Assembly (NCBI RefSeq): GCF_009914755.1
Contig: NC_060944.1
Strand: one strand, 5' to 3'
DNA: 64,000 bases
Source of the DNA: the human T2T-CHM13v2.0 reference genome, Homo sapiens
The position numbers and the translations under genes are program-made. The notes beneath the pieces were generated by a model that saw only the letters and a list, made by a program, of their open reading frames with translations, ran no database searches and had not been told where the DNA came from. Shown here in pieces: positions 1 through 13,098 of this stretch (position 1 is its first letter; every line of letters starts with the position of its first letter).

Positions 1-205
1 TATTGTAAAGGGCCAGAGAGTAAATATTTTAGGCTTTGCAGCCAATGTGATCTTTGCTACAACTACTCAACTATGTTAGTATAATGCAAAGCAGCCATAG
101 ACAATAAATGAATGAATGGTGTATGGCTGTGTTCCAATTAAACTTTATTTTACCAATTAAACTTTATTTAACCAAAACTGCCAGGCCACAGTTTGTCAAT
201 TTCTG
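1..205 (+). mobile_element. MER58A-like hAT-Charlie DNA transposon (cut by the window edge)
   Basis: tgtaaagggccagagagtaaatattttaggctttgc...gcagccatagacaat...ggctgtgttccaat matches the MER58A consensus as recalled; small internal duplication of ccaattaaactttattt. Confidence 0.8.
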
Positions 206-267
206 GAATAGGCACATGTAGGATCATAATTTACTCCCTTAAGGTGATTATTTCTTTCTCTAGAATA

Positions 268-575
268 TGTTCATTCATTCATTTATTCAATCATTAATTT
301 AATTTAATTTTTCCATTGTGTGAGGATCTCTGCATGCTAGGCATTCTGATAAGAATCAAGAGATGCAACAATAAATGGGACAGACACCATCCTTCTATCA
401 TAGATCTTAAAGTTTAATGCTAGACACAAAAAGGTAATTCACAAATAACTGTCGCAATAACTGTATGACATAAAGGATGGAATTAGAGGAATGATGGGGT
501 GAACTAATCTAGTCTAGGGAGGGTAGAAAAAAGCCTCTCCAAGGAGGTATCCTTTAAGATGAAGTCCTGAGGGTA
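268..575 (-). mobile_element. L2 3'-end fragment
   Basis: (ttca)n-type tail followed by degenerate L2 3' sequence. Confidence 0.55.
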
Positions 576-589
576 GTAACTAGGTGTAT

Positions 590-780
590 ATTACCCTTGT
601 ACGAGCTTTGTCCTCATAGCTCATTTTATCCTCACACAACTCAATAAAGTGGACAATATTATTATTCATGGTTCACAGAGGAAGAGGTTGAAGCCCAAGA
701 AGGACAAATAGTGTGCTCCCAGATTTGAACCCAGGCAGTTTAGGACTAGAGGCAGTGTTTTTAACGACAATTCTCTACTA
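590..780 (-). mobile_element. MIR SINE
   Basis: atcctcacacaac...acagaggaagaggttgaagccca...agatttgaacccaggcag core. Confidence 0.7.
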
Positions 781-1389
781 ACTAGTTAATGGGAAAGAGA
801 AGAACATTCAAGGCAAAGAGGGCAGTTCACAGTCTCGTGGGGTACTCACTAATTTCATCATTTCATTTTGGGGAGCCTGTTGTAATCTAGGCATCATGTT
901 TGGTACTAAGCATGCAACAGGAAAAAAGAAAGACTTTCTGCTTTTATGAAACTTACAAATGAGTGCAGAAGACAGACATTACTGAAAACTAGGGGGAAAA
1001 GGGCAGAGGGAGAATGGAAAAGGTAAGAGAATACAACGGAGTGAAGAGAAAGATCTGAGGCTTTAATATTGAACAGAGAAAGGGTAGAGAGATTAACACC
1101 AAATCTCCTTTCCTCACTTCTTTTGTCAAGTTATATCTCTAGGGCTTTTGATGATTAAATCCAATTCTTGATCAACAATAGCTGGAAAAGAAGTCTCTGA
1201 TAAAACATTTTTACCTGTAGGCACTCAAATGGAGAACTAAAATGAAATGAAACATGTAAACTTGAAGTCACAGTTGAATTACAGGTTGACAATTGGGCAC
1301 TGAATATCAGTTGAAGATATAATTGCTCCTCTAACTGCCGTTTCCAATTGCAGGGCCCAGTTGTGACGACTGAGCTCCACTAAAATGGG

Positions 1390-4300
1390 ACCAAGTATAA
1401 TGATATGAGTAAGTTGAAAGCAAAAGGATGTAAAAAGATATACTTAGCAAATATTACTCAGAGATTAATAAGATATTCTGAGAGAGAATCTCTGATATCT
1501 ATGAGTGTGACTCAGAGATAATGCAAGGATGGCTATGTTAATATACAAAACAGGCTTCAGAGCAAAGAAAATTACTAGCTACAGAGAGATGTAGTACATA
1601 ATGATAAGTCATGGTAATACTAAATGTGTATATACCAAACAACAGAGCAGAAAACATGTAAAGCAAAAGCTGACAGAACTGAAAGGAAAAAGAGATGAAT
1701 CCATATTATAGTTGAAGATTTTAACACTCCCTCTATTTCAACAATTGGTAGAACAACTAGAGAAAATCACCAAAGATATAGAAGAATTCAACAACATCAT
1801 CAACCAACAGAATCTGATTTGATATTTATGGAATACTTCTTCCAACAACAGAATATACATTCTTTTCAAGTGTCCACAGGAGAAATATTTTTATTAAAAA
1901 CTTATACAAATTTAATATAATTTTTATCATTCAGAGAGTGCCCTCTGGCCATAATGGAATCAAACTAGAACTCTTTAACAGGGAGATAACAGACAAATTT
2001 GCAGAATCTTGAAAAGTAAACAACACTTTTAAATAATGCATGGTCAAAGAGGAAGCCTCAAGGGCAATAAAAATACAGTAAAATAAATGGCAATGAAATA
2101 TAACATATCACAATATGTGAATGCAGTTAAAGTAGTGCAAGAGGGAAATTTATAGCACTAATTGCTTACTTTAGAAAGAAGAAAAGTTTCAAATTAATAA
2201 TAAAACTCACATTTCCAGAGCCTTAAAAAGGGGAGAAAAGTAAATCCAAGACAGTCATAAGAAAGGAAATATAAGCCAGGTGTGGTGGTGCACACCTGGA
2301 GCCCCAGCTACTCAGGATGCTGAAGTGGAAGGATTGCTTGAGTCCAGGAGTCTGAAGCTACACAGTAAGTTATAATTTTGCCACTGTACTTCAGGGCAAA
2401 AGAATGAGACTCTGTTTCCAAAATAAAAAAGGAAATAATAAAGATAACAGCAAAAACAATTAAAAATTTAAAACAATTAAAAAATCGATGAAACAAAAAA
2501 CTGGTTCTTTGAAAATATCAACAAAAGTGACAAACTTCTAACAATATTTACAAAAGAAAAAGAGAGAAGACAAAATATTGACATCACATATGAAGCATAT
2601 ATCACAACAGACCCCGTAGATATCAAAAGACATATAAGAAATGCTATGTATAATACATTACACATAAATTTCACAACGTAGATGAAATGGACCAATTTCT
2701 CAAAAAGCACCAACTACCACAATTGATCCAATATGAAATAAATATTTGAATAGCCCTGAAATTATTAAGGAGATTGAATTTGTAATTTAAAAACTTCCCC
2801 CAAAGAAATCTCCAGGCCCAGATGGTTTCTCTGTAGAATTCTATCAAAAGTTTGAAGAAGAATTAAAACGAATACTATATGATCTATTCCAGAAAGTAGA
2901 GGCAGAAGGAACATTTTCTGATTCATTTCATTACACCAGTATAAATAAAAGAAAACTATAGAGCAAATATTCTTCGTGAAATGAACACAAATATTTTTAA
3001 CAAGATATTAGCAAATATAAAAAATATATAATACATAATAATATTATATAATATGTAATAAAAATAATACATTGTGACTAAGTGGAATTTATTTTAGAAA
3101 CACAAGGCTGTTTAAATATTCAAAAATCAGTCATTGTAATTCACCATATTAATGGACTAAAGATGAAAAAATCACATAATTATTTTGATGATACAGTAAA
3201 AGCATTTGACAAAATTTAACATTTATTCAGGTAAAATCACAGAAAACTATGAATAGATAAGAACTCCCTCAGCTAAATTACATATATATATATCTATAAT
3301 AATCTACTGTTATTATTATACATAATGGTGAAATATTGAAAGTTTCTTCCCTAAGATCAACACTAAGGTGAGGATGACAACTGTTAATACTGTCCTTTGA
3401 CATAGTGCTGAAAGTTCTAGGCACTGCAATAAGACAAGAAAGGAAATTAAAAACATGTAGATCAGAAAAGAAGAAATAAAAGTTTCACTCTTTGAAAATG
3501 ACACAATGTCTAATCCCAAGAAATTAACAAAAACTTACAATGAATAAGTGAGTTCCAAAGTTTTCAGAATATTAGATCAATGTGCAAAAATCAACTGTAT
3601 TTCTATATACTAATAACCAATATGTAGAAATCCAAATTAAAAATATGATACTGCTTAACAATTGTTAAAAATGAAGAAATACTTAAATATATATTGAACA
3701 AAATATGTATGGGATTTTTATTCCGAAAACTAAAACACTGATGTAGTAACCTAAAAAGGAAATTTTTTGAAATGTTGAGACATACCATATTCATGAATTG
3801 GATGACTTAACATATTAAAAATGAAAATTCTATACAAATTGACAGGTTTAATGTAATTTCTATCAAAACCCCAGCCAGGCATTTTGTAGATACAGATAAT
3901 ATTATTCTAAAATTCATATGGAAAGGCAAAAAAAAAACAGTATAGCTAAAACACTTGAAAGAAAAATAAAGTGAAAGAAAACACTCTAACCAATTTCAAG
4001 ATGTATCATGTAGCTAAGTAATTAAGACTATGTGGTATTGGTAGTGGGTAGGCATCGATGGAACAGAATAAAAAACAAAAAAAGTCCCATATAAGTTTTG
4101 TGAACTGATTTTAGACAAAAATGCACAAGAAATTCAATGGAGGAAGGGCAGTCTTTTCAACAAATGGTGCTGGAGCAATTAGATAATCATATGCAAAAGA
4201 TAAATCTCAACTTAAACCTCATACCTTATGTAAAATTTAACTCAAATCATATATTTAAAAGTAAAATATAAAACTATAAAACTTTTAGAAGGAAACACAG

Positions 4301-5210
4301 GAGAAGATCTTCAAGACTGAGTGGTTAGTGAGGACATTTTAGACATGACACCGAAAGCACAAACAATTTTTAAAACCGGTTAAAAAAGGTAATAAATGCA
4401 ACTTCATTAAAATTAGCCCAATGAAACAGACCAAAATTAGTCTGTGAAAGGTCCTTTTAGGAGGATAAAAAGACAAGCTATAGACTGGGAGAGAACAGTA
4501 TTTGCAAACCACTTAATAAAGAACTCATGTGAAAAATATTTGAAGAATTCTAATAACTAAATATTAAAAAACAATCTAATTAGAAAATGTACAAACAACA
4601 GGAAGAATTATTTCACTGAAAAGTGAATAACAAGCATCTCATAACGAAAGATGGTTAACGTTATTAGCCATGAAGGAAATGCAAATTAAAACAAAATGAA
4701 ATATCACAACACACTTATTAGAACAGCTGAAATAAAAAAAAGTGAAAATAACAAATGCTGATGAGGATGTACAGAAACTAGATATTTTAAACACTGCTGG
4801 TGAAAATGTAAAATGGTACCGCCACTCTGGAAAATAGTTTGGCAGTTTCTTAAAACCATACCACTCAGAATTACACTCCTGGACACTTATCCCAGAAAAA
4901 TAAAAAGTTATATTCACAGGGACTGTTCATGATTGTTCAAGGCAGCTTTATATGTAGTAAGTCAAACTGAAAACAACCAAAGTATCCTTTATGGGTGACT
5001 GACTAAACAAACTGTTTACATTTACACCGAAGAATACTACTCACCAATAAAAAGAAACAAACTATTGATATTCATAACAACCTGGATGGCCCTCTGGGGA
5101 ATTACGCTGAATGAAGAAAGCCAATCTCAAAACACCATATGCTGTACTCTTGTACTTACATAACATTATTTAAATGACAAAATTATAAAAATGGAGAACA
5201 AATTAGTAGC
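1390..5210 (+). mobile_element. Old L1M (L1MB/L1MC-like) ORF2 and 3' UTR remnant, heavily degraded
   Basis: A-rich sense strand with L1 ORF2 landmarks: ccaggcccagatggtttc, aaagcatttgacaaaatt, gtcttttcaacaaatggtgctgg, ggaaaatagtttggcagtttctt; no intact ORF. Confidence 0.85.
2274..2430 (+). mobile_element. Alu right-arm monomer (FRAM/AluJ-like) inserted into the old L1
   Basis: agccaggtgtggtggtgcacacc...ggattgcttgag...gagactctgtttc plus A tail; aaaggaaata repeated on both sides. Confidence 0.8.
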
Positions 5211-5686
5211 AAAACAAAAATAACTATGACGCATTGGAGACATATTTGTATTAAGTATGGTCGAAGGAGAATTACCCTCTATGCTACAAAAAACAATTCC
5301 TGCAAACAGAAAAGGAAAAAAAAATCCATAATTTTAAAAGTTAAATATGGACATAATTTCAAAAAGCATAGACAGCATAGAGCTCACAATATAGAAAACA
5401 AAAATGGCTAATAAAGGTAGACAGTGTTTAATCTCAGTGGTAACCAAAGAAATTTGAATACAAAATCAATGTGATACAGTTTGTCAAATAAATTAGCAAA
5501 GTTTATAAAAACAACAACATTCTAGGGAGGTTATGATGAGACAAAATACTTTCATCCATAATTACTAGAGTAGAAATCAGCATACAATTGGGAAAACAAC
5601 CTGGGAAAATATGTCAGAAACCTTAAAAATATTTACACCCTCGACCAAATATTTGCACTTTCTGACATTTATTGTAAGAGCACAGC

Positions 5687-6120
5687 ATTAGTTTCTTAGG
5701 GATGCCATACAAGGTACCACTAACCAGCAGACTTCAACAACAGAAAAGAATTGTCTTGCAGTTCTGGAGGTTTGAAGTCTGATATCAAGGTGTCAGCAGG
5801 ATGTGAGACAGAATCTGTTCCATGCCTCTCCTCTAGCTGCTAGCGGTTTTCTGTCAATCTCCTGCACTCCTTGGCTTGTAAGTGCATCACTCAGAATTCT
5901 GCCTTCATTCGCAGGAGGTGTTCTCCCTGTGTGTATATCTATCTGTGTCCAAACTTCTGCTTTTTATAAAGATACCAGTCATTGGAATAGGGCCCACCCA
6001 TATGACCTCATCTTGCCTTAATCATCTGCAAAGATCCTATTTCCAAATAAATTCTCATTCACAGGTACAGGGGATTAGGATTTCAATATCTTTTTGGGAG
6101 GCACAATTAAAGCCATAACA
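5687..6120 (-). mobile_element. MLT1 (MLT1B/C-like) MaLR solo LTR
   Basis: cagttctggagg...atcaaggtgtcagcagg...tatgacctcatc...cctatttccaaataa...ggggattaggatttcaatatc. Confidence 0.8.
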
Positions 6121-6236
6121 GACATAATCTAAAATTCAAAACAACAACTTTATTTTAGTATAAAGGAATTCATGTTATTTATTAGTATAAAATATTAAAA
6201 ATAATACAAATACATAACACTGTGAAATAGTCAGAT

Positions 6237-6274
6237 AGTGCTGGGATTACAGGCGTGAGCCACTGTGCCCGGCC
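6237..6274 (-). mobile_element. Isolated 38-bp Alu 5' head
   Basis: agtgctgggattacaggcgtgagccactgtgcccggcc is the reverse complement of the Alu 5' end; the rest of the Alu is absent. Confidence 0.85.
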
Positions 6275-6324
6275 AAAGCTTGGGTTTTATAGACATGGAC
6301 AGAATTTCCTGAAGACCTTGTTTC

Positions 6325-6435
6325 AATCCTACCTAGTGGCTTAGCCACTTCCCCTCTCTGAACTTCAGTTTATCCATATGTGAAATGGGAGGACAATGCG
6401 TGATGCTGATTCCAGAGAACATTTTGAGGGTCAAG
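6325..6435 (+). mobile_element. MIR fragment
   Basis: ccacttcccctctctgaacttcagtttatccatatgtgaaatggg core. Confidence 0.65.
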
Positions 6436-8159
6436 CTGAATCTACCCCTACCCTTGGCAGCCTCTGCTACAGGTACGTCGTAACCCTCTGATGTCTAAGC
6501 TGTTCCCTCCTGCATATTCTTCTACCAGTATCCTATTTCTGAAATAGTGAAGCCAGTCCTATTCCTTCTTAATTCTTTCTGCTTTGTTTGCAAGGTTCTA
6601 ACTATTCAAATTTAATTTCTCTACTTGCTTCCATTCCTTGACTTTCAGGATATTATTTTTATTTATTTTCCCATGGAACGTTTGTAAGTGTTGAATGATT
6701 TTGTTATGGAATTGTGAAATTAGGGAATTTAGTTCTGGAATGGATTCCCCAAAAGATAATTTATTCAGATAATTATGGCCTCACTCTTCCTTTGAAGAAT
6801 ACTAGTATTTAAATATTTAACAATATTAATTACAATATTTTATATTTATATATTGCATAATATATTATTTTAATAATATTTTTAAAAATAAAGTGTATAT
6901 ATGCAATTGTGGCCAGAATTTGTGAACTGTTGTTGATACTCACTCAAGACATTGCAGCAGCAAAAAGATTCTTAGATGTATTAATAGAGGGCTATGTTAA
7001 TTCCCCACTATATTTTCTATTTGCCTCAGGAAACAAATTGCCATTTGGCATTACTATTGTTTTCTGAGAAAGAAAACTTCTGCTAAATTAAAGGCTGCTT
7101 CACGAGCTGATCATCTTGATTCATTTAGCAATAGAAGTAGGAGTCAGAGGTTGCAAAACTGTTCATCACAGTATGGGATGAGTAATTTGAAGTCTGCCGA
7201 ATTGAGGAGGCATGGAGTGAGGAAGAGAGAGGGAGTAAAAGCAAGAGGGTGGGGGGAGGAGAGGAGGCAGTGGGCACTGGGTGGGAAGGAGTCCCAGGTG
7301 TGGAGTGGCTTTTCTTTGCAGACAAGAAAGCTAATTACTATAAAAATTCCTGTTGTGTGATCTCTTTGTGAAACAACAGCTTGATTTGAAGTCTACTACA
7401 TTAAAAATGCTGCATGTGACTTATTTCTGTTCTATATTTTACTTGCTAATATGTATGTGTGTTTTAATTGATGAGAAGATTGATATTCATCCCACACTTA
7501 GGTGGTCAGGAATCCCAGAGGTAGAGGAGGCCACAAGATTCTAATGATTACAGGTACACTGGAATTTGGAGAAATCTTGGGGAGGCCACAAGCTACACAA
7601 CTGGGAATTCAAGAAAATCATGCCTATGTCTCCAGGGTTATGAAGCTTCCAGCTGACCTCTGGATTACATAAGAGCATAACTACCTTCTCCCTCTGGTAG
7701 GAGCAGGACCCTGGAATGCCTCTCCACCCTATTCTCCCTTCCTCTTGGGCTGCAGCTGCTGTAGCAATTGTCCCTAGGGCCTCTTTTAGGAGAGAGGAAG
7801 CAAAGCCTCCAACCTACACGTTTTAAAGGACTTTTTAATTGAGGAAAGGTTGCACAATGCAAATGAACAATGGGTCTCACTTCCAACCTCCCCCAGAAAG
7901 AAGCTGCTCCTTGATTGACAAAGGAAGGAAATGGAAGCTAGACATTTCAGAAACCAGCACTAGAATAAAGAGATCAATGTGAGACACATTGCAGGATAGG
8001 AAAACCAAAACTATTTCCAATCACTGATCCAAGGCTTTCCTTTCAATCTCTTACGGGAATTAGCATTTTAGAAAATGAACAAGGCAGCCTTGAACTACCC
8101 AGAGAAATGTGAACTTCTGAGCCTTCTGGTCACTGGACTTGTCTTTGGATGAAAAGAGA

Positions 8160-8325
8160 AGAAATAAACGTATATTGAGTACTTGCTGTGTGATAGGCTC
8201 TGTGAGAGGTGCTTCATGAACACTATCTCATTTAATACCATTTAACAATGTCCCTATGAAGCGTGCATAATTATCTCACTATATAGGTAATGGATTTGAG
8301 GCTCACTAAAGTGACTATTTCAGTG
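8160..8325 (-). mobile_element. MIR fragment
   Basis: attgagtacttgctgtgtgataggc...tatctcatttaatac...ccctatgaag. Confidence 0.6.
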
Positions 8326-8379
8326 AATGTGTCAAATACTGCTGAAGTGGCTTGCATGTGATCATTTTGGGAAGATGGT

Positions 8380-8458
8380 CAGGCTGGTAGCTACTGTATT
8401 GGACAGCACACATTTATAGAACATTTCCATCATTGCAGAATGTTCTATTGGTCAGTAT
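8380..8458 (-). mobile_element. MER3 DNA transposon fragment
   Basis: gtattggacagcac...tagaacatttccatcattgcagaatgttctattgg is the reverse complement of the MER3 5' end. Confidence 0.7.
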
Positions 8459-8897
8459 TATTCTAGAGAAAATATAAGAGCTTGAAACAGTCCCAGGCAG
8501 TAGAAGAGGGTATTTGCAAAAGTGGGAGATATGGTAGGAGTAAAGCAGGACATTGGTGCTCCAGGAATTAGGCAGAGGTTCATAATTTAGGGTCTTGAAA
8601 TGCAATATATGGAAGATCCAAACCAGGGAGTAGATTAGATGATCCTTCACCGAGACTCAAGGATGATCAAGTTGGAGGATATTAGGTGGGCAATGCTGCT
8701 CAGTGGGTGGAGCTTCAGACAGACTTTATGCCTGCATTTTGAAGGTCGACATGGGAAATATGCCATGTAGTCATCTTTGTCCCAGCTGGGTAAGGAACTG
8801 GTATGGTTGAGCCAGCACTGACCTAACAGGGCAGAGCTGTGGCAGGAGGGGTTGAAAACAGAAACCTTCACCTCATTTTATGCTCACTTGCAGAATC

Positions 8898-8941
8898 TGT
8901 GAGTGAGTGTGTGTGTGTGTATGTGTATGTGTGTGTGTGTT
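8898..8941. repeat. Interrupted (TG)n microsatellite
   Basis: tgtgagtgagtgtgtgtgtgtgtatgtgtatgtgtgtgtgtgt. Confidence 0.9.
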
Positions 8942-9578
8942 GGAAAGGCAAAGGCAATTAAGCATGCTTTAATCCTTGACTGAGTAGTTTATTTTCTTGC
9001 GTATCCTGAATTCCAGTTTGAACTCTACTGAGTGCATCAAATTGGAATTGAAATCTTAGAGAGGTTTTAGCATCCAAATAACTCTTTCTCTTCTCTTTAT
9101 CTGTGAGGGTCTCCTTTAAACCTGAGTCCACTTTGAGCTTTCTTATGGGATAAAAAGATGAGTTGGCTAGGGCAATAAAACAACTTTCTCTTTAAATCCA
9201 TGTTGGAAATGTTTACCTAGCTTGGTCATAATTATGCACACTACTCTGGACTAAATAGAAAAGAACTAAGTGATATAAAGGACTTACATTCCAGTAACCT
9301 CTATATTAGCTCAGCAATAATTCCAGCAAAAATGTTTTCATCAGCTCAGTTTCTGTTTTCAGAATCAGCTCTTGAGCTATCTCTAAGAAGCAGTTAACCA
9401 CTATTATTGTTAGCATACACCAAATATAATTATAGGTAAAATGCTTGAATGAGATACTTCTTGTAGGAGAAATGGAGTCTCTGTTAAATTCTTGAATACT
9501 ATATTCATGTTGGAGATTTGCAAAAAACTTTTTAACAAAAAAAGGCTCTGAGAAGTCCTGCAGTAAAGAAACCTTTTT

Positions 9579-9686
9579 CCCCTTCCTGTGTCCATGTGTT
9601 CCCATTGTTTAACTCCCACCTATGAGTGAGAACATGCGGTGCTTGGTTTTTTGTCTTTGTGAATAAACAAACAAACAAACAAACAG
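9579..9686. mobile_element. Miniature L1PA insertion: inverted 3' fragment plus (AAAC)n tail, 14-bp TSD
   Basis: Antisense L1PA ORF2-end/3' UTR piece ccccttcctgtgtccatgtg...cctatgagtgagaacatgcgg, then aataaac(aaac)n; aaagaaaccttttt at 9565-9578 and 9687-9700. Confidence 0.8.
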
Positions 9687-10536
9687 AAAGAAACCTTTTT
9701 AATTCTATTTAAGCCAGAATTTCCTAAATTAGCTCGGAAAGTTTTTTATTTTATTTTCTTGTTTGCTTTTCTGCTTTCTTCTTTGTTATGCATGAAACAT
9801 CTGGAGAATAAAGCTCTATACAGCATAGTTTGAGAAACACTAGCATAAATACGGCAGAATAATGATATGGAGTGGAGGAGATGTTTGTGTTTGGGCTGTG
9901 TTTTACTTTCAGGAAACCTGAAACAATGATGGGTATTTGGGGGAAGTTATAGTTTTCATGAGCCTGTCATGAAAAATCTGAGAGAAACTCTTAAAACTTT
10001 GTGATTGCTTCTTTAAACTATTGTCCACATTTTATTGTTGAGCATAAACTCTACACTACCTTTTATTTACTAGTTCAATTTCAAACATTAGCAACTTAAT
10101 GATCACTGCAGGCAAAAATTTACCTTCTGCTGTAACCTTCAGAGGTATTTTATTCAATACTTTGATGAAGCTTATGGTGAACTGACATGATTTGCCACCA
10201 CATTAGTTTCTTACCATCTTTGTATATTATCATGGCCTCCTAATTTACCTTCATTTCTTGCAAATCACCTTCACTGTTCCCTAAAACTCCACCGTATTAC
10301 TATGACAAAGGTCATCACAGCAAGAGTTGTCTACTTGAACCACATCATCACTCTCCACTGGCAACAAGGCAGTATATACATTAAATATGTACAACTTTTA
10401 ACATGCCAGTCATACCTCAACGAACCACAACCAGTTTCTTGGAATCATTTGAGCTTGTGACCCCTGTCATGCCTTTGCTAGTGCCAGTCCTTCCTCTTGA
10501 TGAGTCCTTTTCTCAACTCACTCATCAAACATCTAG

Positions 10537-10947
<411 letters not shown>

Positions 10948-11809
10948 TCCTATTGTGTTTTCTATTTATTCATACTTTTGGCTTTGATTTTTAAGGCATA
11001 ATAAAAATTATTGGAAAAAAATCCTGTGTCAAAGAGAAACTTGAAAAAAAAAACTATATTGAACTCCATCTTCTCTTCTAGCTTTATTTGACAAAGTTAC
11101 ACCATTGCCAATATTTAAAAGTACCACATACATTATTCCCCAAGCATGAGGTTATATGTGTTACAAACATTTTCTCTTCAATCCTTAAGGCAAAAGTGAA
11201 GATTTTATCCCTACCCTCCAGATGGCTTTATCCAAGTTTGTCTAGCTCCAAAGATCTGTAACCTTTTCACTATGTAACACTGCCTCTCAGGTGCATGACT
11301 AGCCATGCTGTGTGTCACTCAGCACACTTCATATTTATAATAATTGCTTTTAATTCTCAGATAATCCTTCAAGGCAATATTAGTATCCATATTTATAACC
11401 AAGGAAAGTAAGTCTTACTTGCCCTAGGTCAATATAGTAGTAAATGTTAGCTTAAAACCCTATACTTTTTCCGGTGTATCACACAGCCTCAGCTTTCCAC
11501 TGTTCAGGAGACAGCATCCTCGGGTTTCAAATGGACACCAGGAAGCTCTATTGGATCTTTAGTCATGAAAGTTGATTCAGAAATCACACTCAAGGGTGCA
11601 ACGATTAACCATTAAGAACATACAGGGAAAAGAAGAACATATTAAAGAACACCACTGGCTAACACAAACAATAAAATCCAAACAACCTCATTTCAACTAA
11701 CATATTTCAAGGAAAAGAAAGGGAGACAGTTAGAGGAAGGGGAAAGAGAGAGAGGGAGGAGGAGGGAGGGAAAGGCTGTAGATTAAAAGATAATTAAGTG
11801 CATGTGTGA

Positions 11810-12235
11810 CCTTCATTATATGTGGGATCTAAAATAGCTAAACTCATAGAAGCAGAGAATCACATGGTGGTTGCCAGGTGCTGAGAGGAAGAAACAGAAA
11901 GAGGTTGTCAAAGAGTACAGCATTTCAGTTAGGCAAAGTAAATAAGTTCTGGAGATCTACTCTACAGCCTAGGGTCCATAGCTAACAATAATGTATCGTA
12001 TACTTAAAATTTGCTAAGAGAGTAGGTCTTATGTTACATGTTTTTACCACATATAAAAAATGACAATAATAAACAGGGCAGAAGAAAACTTTGGAAGGTA
12101 ATGGACACATCTTTGGCCTTGATGGTGGTAATGGTTTCATGGGTGTATACTTATCTCCAAACTAATCAAGTTGTATACATTAAATATGCACAGTTGTTAA
12201 CATGTCAGTCATACCTCGATAAAGTGATATAAGCA
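11810..12235 (+). mobile_element. L1MB-type 3' end
   Basis: aaactcatagaagcagagaat...aataagttctggagatcta...gttgtatacattaaatatg...catacctcgataaag. Confidence 0.8.
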
Positions 12236-12769
12236 AATAAATTGCAATGTACATATCTATTTCAATTTTTATTTTGATTAAACATAAATTATAAGAAGAT
12301 CAGGAAAAATCTGAATACTGATTGTGTATTTGATAAAATTAATTAATAATTGTTCATTTGTGGGTATGATAATGTGATTGTGATTATGTTTAAAAAAGGA
12401 AGTCCTAGATTTATAGAGATAAATATTAAAATATCTACATATACAATAATAGATATTTTGGATATGCTTTCAAACAATCTGGGACAGAGGCCAATGGATA
12501 GAATTCCGGATAAAACTAAATTGGCCATGAGTCTATAATTCTTGATGCTGGATGTTGGGGTTCATTTTTATTATTCTAAATTCAAACCTTCTAATTAAAA
12601 AAATTAAAAATTACTAATTAGCCGAACATATTCATTCCTTGAGAAGGGTTCATAGAGGCTTTGAATGTTTTGTTGTCAATAAATTAAGATGTAAAAGGAG
12701 AAAATGTATCTTTCAGCCATATTCTTATCCCTATAGCCAGATTCTTGTTTTACCACTCAAGAGCAATTC

Positions 12770-13098
<329 letters not shown>

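Noticed and set aside
6805-6905. AT-rich quasi-palindromic tract (also about 3010-3070)
   Set aside because: Low-complexity sequence with no long perfect arms.
10373-10420. Similarity to 12173-12220 as a local duplication
   Set aside because: Both look like the common L1MB 3' terminus, so independent insertions are a simpler explanation.
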